Positions 11,301-23,300 of a stretch of 64,000 nucleotides of DNA are shown here, piece by piece. Positions within the stretch are counted from its first letter, which is position 1. Each line of letters begins with the position of its first letter. This DNA comes from Amphiscolops sp. MND2022 (lineage: Eukaryota): assembly GCA_964187785.1 (NCBI GenBank), contig OZ076409.1, positions 20,214,001 through 20,278,000 of the forward strand, given 5' to 3'. The notes beneath the pieces were generated by a model. It searched no databases, was not told the origin of the DNA, and was given only the letters and a program-made list of their open reading frames with translations. A program made the position numbers and the translations under genes.

Positions 11301-14300
11301 TCCTTTTAACGTTATCTTTGAAATTTTTCCCAAGAGGTGCGGTAAACCGACGACCGACTGTAAATTGCGTTTCACTTAGGAGGAAGCGGAGGTTCGAAAA
11401 TATTGTGCTTTATCCTACTACAAACCGTTTTGCGAGCATAGAGGACTCCTTTAGAGTTTTCAGCATTATGCGACTTGTCGGAGACAATGTTTGGAAACAA
11501 TTCCAAAAAAATTTACCTCAATTTTTCGTTTTTTGAAATTAGGTTTTCTGAAGAGAAGGCCGAGGTCCCAAAAAAGCGTTCCCACGTGATCCAGCACGCT
11601 GTATCCGCGCTTTTGAAGCGTTTTTCGAGCACGAAAGCCACTCTTTGGGTATTTTGACCATTTTTTGAGTTTTTCATGAAAAAAATCTTGAGCATATTTT
11701 TAAAACTGCGCTTTTTGAGCCTTAAGTGTAGCGCCGACTTTAGACGTTCCCGTCTTGTTCTCATTTGCGCTCAACTAAAAAAACTTTCATCCTTCACTGA
11801 TGTAACCCTACGGAAAAAATTTCCTTATTGATCTATTCGAAGAAAATGGAAAAAGAAATGCCAATTGAGGTTATGGATACCTCGAACAATTTCTTGGCAG
11901 CTTGAATGAAATGTCCAGCTTTTTTGTACAACTCCACTGCAGCAACTATGCGCCCTTTGTCGATGAGTTGCGTGGCATAGCGGGCTAACATGTTGTCAAT
12001 GTCTCTTGAGTTAGACTGCTTGGCTAGTTCAATGCCCGCGTCCCATTGGTTCAGCATAATACAGCAATCAATAGCTTCACTTAGCCGACCACACTGAAAG
12101 ACAGATTGGAACGTTAAGGTGACTAATTGATGCCTCTTTAAGGGGCACCACGGACAGGGCTTTTGATGTTAGGCAATAAATATAGAGGGTCTTCGTCATG
12201 CATTCCATGAAAAAAAAACAATTTACAATCACATACTACTGCAAATCTAGTTTTTGTAATAGTGTTTTTTTGTCGGAGCTTTTTATAACAAAAAGTGCCC
12301 AACCCTTAGTTTTTTTCGACAGACCACAAACCTCACACTGAAAGGTCCACGTTTTACAGATTTTTCACGCCGAAGTTCTAAAGGGTACCCGAAGAGGTCG
12401 AAGGGCACTCATTTGAGTATATTAGTTTTACTAAGGTTTCCTTACTGTTTTTTCGGCACTGTTCGACGTTTTTTTCAAAAAATTATTTCATCGAAATGCA
12501 TTCTTTGATTTTTTCCATTTATTTTTTCGCTTAGAGTGTTTCGAGCGTAAAGGATCCCCCTTCGGGATTTTTGGCGACTTTTTCGAAGGAAATTTTTTTT
12601 CCAAAATTTTGCGTCTTTTGATGTTTCCAATTAAAGAAAAGGCTTTTCCACCCAAAAGGCGCATGGAATTTATAAGAATTTCGTAGAGCCATCCTGAGCC
12701 TATTTTAATGAGACTGAGCTTTTTGAGCCTTAACCGGGCACCGACTTGACTTAAGACGTTCTCGCTTTGTTATAGCATGGCTTGTTTCCGATGAAATCGT
12801 ATTCACAAACTTATCATACCAAAAAATAAACTGTTGAGGGATATTCCCGCAGATTGTAGAAACTCCCCGCTTCCTTATTTGTTGCCTGTGATTCAATCAT
12901 GAATGTATGTCTTCACACGTCATGCTTTGAAGCGAAATAAAAGAATTACCTTTTTGAACGCTTCGACAGCTTCACCAGACATGCCAACAGAAACAAACAT
13001 CTCAGCAATTTTGGGCAGCAACGGATGATTCTCCGAAAGATAGGACGCCATTTTGGTTAGAGCTTCAAAGTCTTCCAAGTTGTAGTAGCACTCGGCTAGT
13101 TTCTCTTGATTTCTGCCCTGATTGTAATAGACAACAGCCTTCGACCTGGAAATGCACCAAGGTGAAAGTTGAACAATTTCTTTACAATAATTTGACCTGC
13201 CGACAGTAAAATGAACAGAAATATTGCAATGTTGAAATATTTGTAATTGCCAACTGTTGTTCATACGTTCCGCTTTCTAGTCGCAATTGAAACCCATTCA
13301 AACGATTTCGGGTTCTTACATGTTGATTAGGTTGAATAAAAAAGTGTTCGGGGTTGGTGGTTTAATGCATAGAGCAAGGTTGGTTAAAAAACGTTCAAAA
13401 GTATTTTTATACCTATAACCCTAAATGGACCATGGTACGATTTCGTACCAGTTAAATTCTGCAAACTTCTAAACGCACAAGCTGACCGTATGGTGAAGAA
13501 AACTCTTGAATAGGATTTTCAGGCGATTTTACAGACCATCGCACGCCATTTCACGAAATAGTGACATGATGTCTCCGAAATCATGAAAATGGGACCAAAA
13601 AATCAGGAAAAAAATTGTGCGCAAATTTTCCGTTTTTCCAGTTTTCGTTTCTGGCCCTTGTATCCCACTGGTACCAAGATTGGGTCAAAGTGATCCTAGC
13701 ATGTGTTGAAACATGCTGAAATGCAATCAGAGACACAACGCGTGCAAAGTTTTGGCGCAAAGTCCGGAGCCAGTGCGGCGAAGCAAAACTTTGCACGCAA
13801 AGGGCCCACGCTAGAGGGCCCCCAGCCCAGCAGTTCAAAAATCAAATTGAAAGACCTGATTGTCTTCTTTCGAACGCGCCATGAATCGTTTGTCGGACTT
13901 GAATAGTTAAGGAGATATTGCGGTTTAAAGTTTGTACACCAGATTTTTGTATGGATCCGGAAATGTCCTGGTCCATTTAGGGTTAAAACGTTTTAAAACT
14001 GAGTTTGAGAGCTGAAAACTCAATTAACTTGATTATCACAAAATTACTCAGAAAATGAAGCTGAATTCAGCAAGCACATACAAAGGGCCAGTTTACGGAC
14101 TTTCTCAGGTTTCAGTCTATTTCGAATTTCACAATGTACGTGACCCACGGATTAAAAGCCCTCTCTAGACCAGCTGAAGACGGTGTGAAAGGAGGTCTGC
14201 GGAAATAAAAAGAAACGATAACTGTTTAAAACACCCCTGGAAAATGGCATTGTTTTAAAACAGTTTTAAATAACATTGTTTTAAAACAAGCCAACTCTGA

Positions 14301-17300
14301 TAGAAAGTAGCAAGGAGAGAACTTGCCAGTGTTGACGATCAGCGTAATAATCTCCGATGGCATTGTAGGCGTATTCCAGTCGCGTGTCGTCTCCTCCGTC
14401 ACTGCCTGCCTTGAGAAGCTGCACCACCCGTACCCAATCGCCCAACTTCTGACGCAGCTCCACCGCCAAATCTCTTCAACATCATTTCATCAATTTACCA
14501 AACGGGTTTCATCAAGCATGCAATTAAATCTCGATTCATCAACATATTCATACATCCTAGTTTTTATCTGCAACCATTGTGATGTTCGTCATGGCTGTAT
14601 TATTTTTGCATGAAGATATTCAGAATGAACGGTATTCTGAAACATGATTGGACAAAAAAGGAAATTCGAAAAAAGGAAAAACCCAACAAAAAAGAGGAAC
14701 ACAATATTCTGAAAAAATACAAAGTGAGAAAATAGAGAAATTGAAAAGATTAAATTGTCTCTTATAATATAGACATTTCATTCATAATACTGCCATTGTG
14801 TGGAATAGAATATAATCAAAGAATTGAATCTAAACGCTTTCGCCTAGAAAACCACTTTGAGCTACTTTAGAACAACCACAACGACAGTTATCTCAAAACT
14901 CGTCATGAAAGTGTCCATTGCGTTCAATCATCAACTATATACATTTTTTTAAACAGTTTTATACATTTCCTAAAAAAAATAGTGATCACAAAAATTTTCA
15001 CACAAAAACTCTGAATCAACACGAATTTTGCACCAACTGTTTCATGAAAGTAATGAGAAGAAAATGCGGTTGAAGTTACTTGCGGTCCATCTCAAAGTAC
15101 AACTTGTCGGCCTGATCGAAGTTGTTCAAATAAGCGGCAATTTCCGCTCTCCGAAGGGTGTCATTCTGCAGCAGCCTGATACGTTTCACAAACTGGATAC
15201 CCGGGTAATCTTTGCATTGCACCATGGCTGTTTCGGCCACATCCAATTCTAGTTGTTCCAGGGCTTTCTCCGCCAGAAGATTCCTGAAATGAAACGAAAG
15301 AACATTCTCAAGACTATTTTTACGCTAAAGACATTGTAGGAAAACTAGAGTCTACGTTGAAATGACTATATTTTTTCTTGGTCCAGTCATTTCAACGTAG
15401 ACTCTATAGTTACACTGGCAACAAATACAATGTAGAGCAATAGTGCTGAAGGTCCAAAGATTCTCAACATAACAACCAGGGTTGGCTTTTGATGGGATTA
15501 AAAATATTATAAATTAGATTAAATAGATTTAAAATCAGATTCCAGAATACTAATTATCCTTCAAAATAAATTCAAAAGGTGATCAGAAACAAGTTTTTTG
15601 ACGTTTTTCAACTCCGAGTTGATTTTTAGTCATCGAATGAACAAAATCTAAAGCGATGAGAACGCATTCCGATTGAACAGTGCTCTGAACGAAAGCCAGA
15701 TAATGCTGTTCGTAGATCAAATAACTCACCCATGTCGAAAATTGGCCTATTTTGACTGATTTCAATCAATGATGATTTAAGATAGTTTTAATCAAGTTGA
15801 TTATAATCTGATTAGAATCAATGAATAAAAAATATGACTATAATCAGCCAACCCTGATAACAACACAAGAAATAATTAATTCCCCCATTGAAAGTAATTC
15901 AATTGAAAGTAACAACACCTGGTCAAGGATGTTCAGTTAGAATTACCTAAGATATGAGATCATGGTTGCACTCCATGACTTTTCCAATTGTACAAATTCG
16001 ACATATTTTGATTCTGATAGCGATGATGAATCGGATTGAATGCAACTTTGTTAACTAACCAGAGTCGAGGATGAGGATTGTCTGGAAAGTCATCAGGGTA
16101 CATATCCACTGATACGCCAATAACATTTCGAAAGAGCAATTTTGAACAAACCTTGGAATAGTCGAACGGGGCACCAACCATTCATTACAAATTTAATGGA
16201 TCCGCGTTTTGGTTATTGGCCAAAATACCAGAACGCCTGAAATTGGCACCCCCGTTTAATGCTCCAAAAGCGCAGTCTTTCAAATATGCTAAAAAGCTGT
16301 TATGAAAAGCAAAAGGGCGAACAGGAAAAAGTCAGGCAGTGCCAAAACAATCAACCGGGGGCCCTTTGGGCTTCGAAAATGGGAGCTTTTTTCGCCTCAA
16401 AATCAATTGTTTCGTCAACTCTTTGATAAAATGCAAAAACCTTAAAAGATTCCCACAAAAAGGCGTCTATGAAGTACCTTGAAAAATTTGAAAGTTCTTG
16501 TGGTGAAACTGGTGAGGACCTTTTTTGTTTTTGAATAGTTTTTCATAGTATGAATAATATATTTAAATGGTCCTATTTAGATTCACTAGCTAAAAACTGA
16601 AATACAGCGATTGATCGAAACTCACTTTGCATAATCAAATGTTTATTACTTAATTTTTTAGAATTCAAAGATACCTTACCCAATAAGAAGGGTATTTTTT
16701 ACACGATTCTAAAATAGAAACTCAAAAAAAACATAGATTCATGTTTGTTAGGAGCTGATACAAGAACTTTGAGTAAGGCGCCAAGAGACGTGATATGTAC
16801 CCTGAATATATTGTTTGGTATCTTCCAGACTTATTTTGCCGACCATTTCCCTGAGATCTCTGAGAGATCTGGCTTCTCGATCCACGATGTTGTCCTTCCT
16901 GCACTGCTCAGGGCTCAGCAAAACTTCGTCAAGAAGGACACTCCGCACTAGCAAGTCTTCAAAACTGCACAAATACCCCGAAGACTGCACTGGCTCCTGA
17001 AAAACACAGATCAAAAAATGTACCTTGGAAGGATCTTGGAATGTAGTTCATATTTCTGCATGATTTCAACCTTAGTGTAAAAGGATTTGTTTGAAGGAAG
17101 TGCTAGAATAGGATAATGGATTCCTGGCAAAACGATTGAAATAAGTTAACATTCGAATTTCTTAGAAAGGATCACGTAAGGAATGCTTGTTCTCAGGGAT
17201 GTCATCACGTTCGACGTTGTTTTTGTGGCGGGAACAGCTGAATATCAGACGTAAAAAGTGTTATATATACAACAGGTTAAAATTGTTACAAGTTACTGAG

Positions 17301-20300
17301 AAAATTTTCTAAAAGTTGATTTTCGCTTAAGCTCAGTGCGTAGTTGTTACTGCTTATTACATATTCTATATTCTGCTTATTACATATTCTACATTCTCTT
17401 CTACAAACTTCTGGCTCGCTGTCCCGGATGATGTACATCCGAGTCTTTTCCATCAGCGCCAGAAGAGTAGGGTTGTCTTTGGACCAACAAACGTCCCAAA
17501 CATCTTTTCGCTCTAGATCCAGTTGCTTGCCAAGAACTTCATTTCCAGCAGCATCCACGCTCGTTGCCTCCTAAATAGCAATCGTAACACACTACAAAAT
17601 TATCGTTTCAACTCATGTTGAAAAGTCAATCGGGGTAATTTTAAACCCTCGTTAATTATGCTGAGTCACAAGCTGAAAATCTTGGTCTGGCAAATACTAA
17701 TTGCACCGATCCAAAAAAAACCCAAATCATCCAATATTGACAAAATTTTTAGTCGGCGCTTCATGAAGTGAAACGCGACTATTATAGTAACTCCTTTTTC
17801 AGTCGGCGCTTCATGAAGTGAAACGCGACTATTATAGTGACTTTTTTCAATCCACACGAACTGATCAAAATAGTTCTTGAAAGTTCTACAAAATATTATT
17901 GCACCAAATTTCACCATTTGCCCTAGCGAACTGAACCAAAAAGGTTTTTACTGTTTCCCCGCGTAACATACCATACCGGGCGAGACCAAAGGGTCCCCCC
18001 TTTCAATTTTTCGGCACTGCGACTCTTTCGGAAATTTTTTTCCCAAAGGGTCCCCCCTTTCAGTTTTTTTCGGCATTGTGAGACTTTTTTTCTAAAATTT
18101 TTTCCTCTCCAAAGGGTCCCCCCTTCAGTTTCTTTGATATTTTACAACAGAATGGGTGTTGAAAATCCCAAAGGGTCCCCCCTTTCAGTTTTTCGGCATT
18201 GAGACTTCGAAAATTTGTTTTTTCTACAAAGGGTCACCCCTTCAACTGCGACAAAAATGTTGACAATTTCGGAAGTGTCCCCCCCCCTTTTAGCGCGTCA
18301 GGGGCTCGCGCTAGAGGGCCCCGGCGCGCCACTCGGTCCATTTTTTTGGTTTTTCGATTTTCGAGTACTGTAAATTGACACTTGGAAGTCTTTTTGCTAT
18401 TTTTGAGCCTTGGATATGGCGCCGACTTGGGCCGGTCCCGGCTTGTTATCAATCCACACGAATTGACCAAAATAGTTCTACGAAATTTTTTTGATGTCAA
18501 ATTGAACCATTTGGTCTAGCGAACTGAACCAAAAAGATTTTTTCCTGTTTTTTTGCGTAACATAGAGTACCGGGCAAGACTAAAGGGTCCTCCCTTTCGT
18601 TTTTTTTCGGCATTGGGAGACTTTTTTCTCGAAAAAAAAAATTTTCCCCAGAAGGTCCCCCTTCATTTTTTTGATGTTTTGCTACAATGGATTTTAAAAA
18701 ATCCGAAAGGGTCACCCCTTTTAGCGTCAATTTGATCCAACTTTTGGGCTTTTCGAGTACTGTAAAAGAATACTGAGAACTTTGAATTCCTTGTGCTATT
18801 TTTGGGCCTTAGATATGTCGCCGGCTTATGCCGTTCCCGGCTTGTTTAAAATGAGGTATAGCAAGGGATGAGTTCATAATTTTAATTTTGCAGCTAAGTA
18901 TTATCAAAATATAGTATACCCTTCTTTGCTGTGTCATGTCAATAGATGTCAGCCACCACTAGGTTTCGCTCTTTCACAGGGGTAAAGATCGCAATTGTAT
19001 CCTAATTCATGAAAATGACTTTTCGCCATTTGAAATGAATTTCAAAAAACGGTCAATAAAATTGCATTCGATGAAAAACCCTGTATGTTGACATGAGCGT
19101 TCACTAATTGTTCGAAAATTTTTACTTTTGGCCTCAATTATCCTATCCCAGAAACACATCCCGCTGAAATTTTAGCTTTTCTACAGCTATTTAGAGTCCG
19201 AACTCTAAATTTACTTTTTCATTCCCTCAAAATGATATACAAAATGAACAATGATTTTCATTCCTGAAACATTTTGATTCATCGAGGCCTTTGTTTAAAG
19301 TATTCCTTGACGAAAAAGTATGCTAGTAACAAATTCAATTGAATTCTTGCTATCAGGCCCACGAAAACATTCCTTGTAGAAAAAGACATTTTTGGCTATT
19401 TTGAGACAATTTCACGACACTTCAAAAAATTACACCTGAACTTCCTTTTCAGTGGAAAATTTTGTAAGATCGATGTCTTGCTCAAACCTTGTTCACAGTA
19501 AAACCAAAAGGGACCTTTGATTGAATAGGAAAATGTTCCGGAAGTCGCACAATGCCGAAAAATCAAAGGGAGACAGTCTTATTCGAAAGTGCTAAAATAT
19601 TAAGATCCTAGTGCGAATAAAACTCCGTCCTCTAACTTCAGAAGCCAACACCTCAACCACTGGGCGAATGCTATGAGAAATTTATCACCATTTTTCGAGT
19701 TTAAACCAGGGAGTATCGTTGAATGGTGGTCTTCAATCATTATGTTCATAAACTTTCGAGCTGGTAACTGTCGGTAACTTTTTACGATATACGAATTAAA
19801 TATACGAAGATACCATATTTAGAGTTGAACAATTGGTTCAGGTAAATTTGACCAAATCTGACTCCGAGAAAATGTTTTGTACTTACGGGGAAACAATTAG
19901 ACCCGTTCCGTCTTGTCATACAACTTCGTAAATACAACCTCGCTATGAAAATGCTGCCAAGGCTATAAGGGTTGCTTTTTATTCACTTCGAAGCGACGAA
20001 AAAGTACCAAAAGAAATCCTGAAAGACCTTAGTTCCAGTTACAATTAAGCTGTACCATATACGAGAGTCCGTTTTTCGACACTGATCTTTATATCACTGA
20101 CAGTTCCCATTTCTTCAGCACGGAACGCTAATGCTACTTCAACCGATAGACAATCACCTTAGTCATTTTACAAACATCTACAATGAAGCCTTTCGATTGT
20201 ATGACTTTTCTAATACAAAACCATGCTCCGTGTACTAATAATTCTTGAAAAGCGGATTAACAAACTTCCGTTATTTCAGCTTAAAACTTGAAGCTAGGCC

Positions 20301-23300
20301 AAATATTCACCTAAAAACTTTCGAGCTTGAGGTATCAATTCGTAGACATTTAAATCTGGTTTATGCTATAGCTGCATTCCGCTATGATTGATCTGTTAAA
20401 ATTAACTAAAAAAACTCGGACCTTTTAAATCTTTACTCGGTACTAACTGTCAAAAAGATGACAATAGTTATCACATTCTTGGTAATTTATAAGACTTGAT
20501 ATATTTATGAGTACTATAAACACAATTTGGTTAAAAGTAAAATTAATCCAATGAAAATGTATGATGGCTCAATTTGCATTTCTCCGTCGATGAATAATTC
20601 CGATCGCTTCTTTCGAACCAAGGAGCCGGCAACAGTGGTCTCAATACATTCAGGGTCATCTTGCGAAGATGCATCTAGACAGTCTTTCTTCTGTTCTGAC
20701 TGATTACCCGTTGAAATGGCTTCGGGGACAATTTGCATAGTCTTCTGATTGTCATGGAAAGTTAATACCTTTCTGGCTGTTCTTTTCTGATGGACATCCA
20801 CAACACAGCAAGAAAAGTCACATAGTTCGTCATAAAAACCATCACCAGGAGTACAGTCACCCTGTCCGGCTTTCAAGGCACAGTCAACGCCCGAATCCTC
20901 GTTGGTCAATCCGTAGCATTCACTGGGTGCGTCAGTCGAAGACGGCCAGAAGTCTGGTTTGTTGCAGAAAAGACAAACAGTTCGTTGACAAAGAATCTCA
21001 CATAGGTTGTCATCATCGCACTGATCGAAGCAATTGATTGTGCAGTACTGATAGCCAGCTTCATCCAGGAATCTTAGACATGGATTGCCGTAAAAAGTGC
21101 CATCCCACAGACAGCAAGTCTTATCACAATCAGAGGTTTCCTCACAATAGCCCATCACAAATGTCTCTACCAAGCAAGTTTCGTACGGCAAGATATCCAC
21201 TTCATCATCGCAGCTTTCGCATATGTCAACTTCAGGCTCTTCGGTGTCTTCTGTATCATGAGCAAAGTTGAACATGCAACAACTGAATTCACACAAGTGC
21301 TGAAACTCCCAAACATTGCAAAGGTTTTCGTTCATTACTGCAACACAAAAATCTGGGCTGGCTTCATCTTCGTGACAAAGGCATTCAATTATTCCTTCTG
21401 AACTCACAGATTCAGTGACAGTGGTAGTTTTTACAGTAGTTGGGGTGGTCGGTTCAGCTGTAGTTGTTTCGAACAGATCCATGCAACACGAGTATTGACA
21501 CTTCACTTCCTCGCTTAGGGGCTCTTTACATCTTCCCTTCTCAACTCGCTTTTCACAGTTCGCTGAAACATCAGTGTACTCGCTGCACAATTGGTACGTA
21601 GTAGTCTCAGTAGTCTTTTCGTCAGTTTGGGTTTGAGTTGTAACCGAAGTAGTTTTGCTTGTTGTTTCCAATTCACCGGCCTCGCAACAACTTCTTTGGC
21701 ACTTTTTAGCCGTTCCAGGTTCAGAACATCTGCCCAAAAGAACTCGCTGATAACAAACTGCCTCTGACAATTTGTCAGAGTATTCAAGGCAAGGAGTTGG
21801 ATCGACCAAACAGCAAGCTAATTCGCATTTAGCTCGGAAGCTGTCCTTTTCGCACTTTTCCTCATCTTCCTGAAGACGATCTCGGCAGAAGTCGTCTCCA
21901 TTTTTGTTTTCGAATCCCTGGTCAAAGCAGAAGCTGTCATAAGACGTAGTGCTAGATTCAGTAGTAGATGTAGAGTGGCTAGTAGAAGGAATGTCGTCAG
22001 TGAAGCCTGATGTAGTTGAACTGGACGAAATGGTCGGTAAAGTGCTTGAAAAAATGTCTCTCCGTTTTCGCGAATTTTGAACTTTATTGCTCAAATGGTA
22101 CTCAATGCAACATGCTAATGGACATTCCTTCTCATGAGCAATTTCACTACATTGATGCTCGGAGAAAGCCTTGTCATAACAGTACTTGGCGCCCTTCTCA
22201 TCTTCCAGGTGACTACAGGGTTTCTGTTTATGCGGGTTCACATGGCCGGATTTCTCTTCGCAGCAAGTCAAGGCGCAATGTTCAGCATGCTCGTAACAAC
22301 TTCCTGATTCCTTGACGACTGAACACGTTTTATGGCCCCACATATCTACTTCATTTGCGCAAGTCTGAGAAGGTTCAGCAATATCCTCTGTCAACTCGCA
22401 GCAATGCTTCTCGCATCCTTTAGATCGTTGGCGGCACTCTTCAATTGTAAACTTCGAGCAATCATCCAATAAATTCTCCAAATTGTCGCAGTTCTGAAAC
22501 AATTTAGAATAGAAGCAAATACATATATACATACAAGTACTTCAATAAGTACAACTAAAATGCAAAAATCGGATTGGCGAATACATGATTCCAAACTTCA
22601 TGAATCGGATGGGTTTGAACTTGTCATTTATTCGACTTGAAATCACAATTTGAACTATGATTTCGAAATAGAATTTCGATATTTTAGCACATTGATGCCT
22701 TACTTACCAACTGAGTTCGTTTCAGAACTTTTCCCTCCAATTTCTTTGGATAAAGACCACAGACAAAAGGTCTTTCGCCGATTCCACACATGGTAGGAAT
22801 GAGCATTGATCCATTGCTTGAAACACTCAAAATAGAGCAGCTGCCTTCGCCTGCTTCCTAGAACAAGATTTAACCAAGAAAATTTTCAGGGAACTACACA
22901 CACGAAACGCTTCACCAGATATCCATGTTTAAAGAGTAATTAGGGATTGCAACTTTGTATCACGCAAGCGACAAAAAAAATTGAAACCATACGATCGATT
23001 TGATATTTCGTCGAAGTGAACTTTGAAGTAAACTAACCATGTCAATAGTTCCAGAGTCGTGAATGAGATTATAGAATTCATCCAAAAACTTGACTGGTCC
23101 AATCCAATAATTTGTATCTGGCGTTGAAATGCTCAATCTGTCAATGTCCATGTGGGGCAAGATTTCGAGTAAAGTGCCATCTTTGGTTGAGTCAGAGAAA
23201 CCACGGCAGAGGTTAAGGGCATCATCATGACTGGCTGGCCATTTTGAATTCAACACCATATAACAGAACTTGTCATCGTAGCTCTCCCAAAAAGCAGGGC

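Noticed and set aside
22494..22532. ORF-track start [13 protein letters not shown] for the 672-aa ORF
   Set aside because: A ttcag acceptor at 22494-95 and two in-phase upstream exons with signal peptide and lectin domain show this stretch is intronic.
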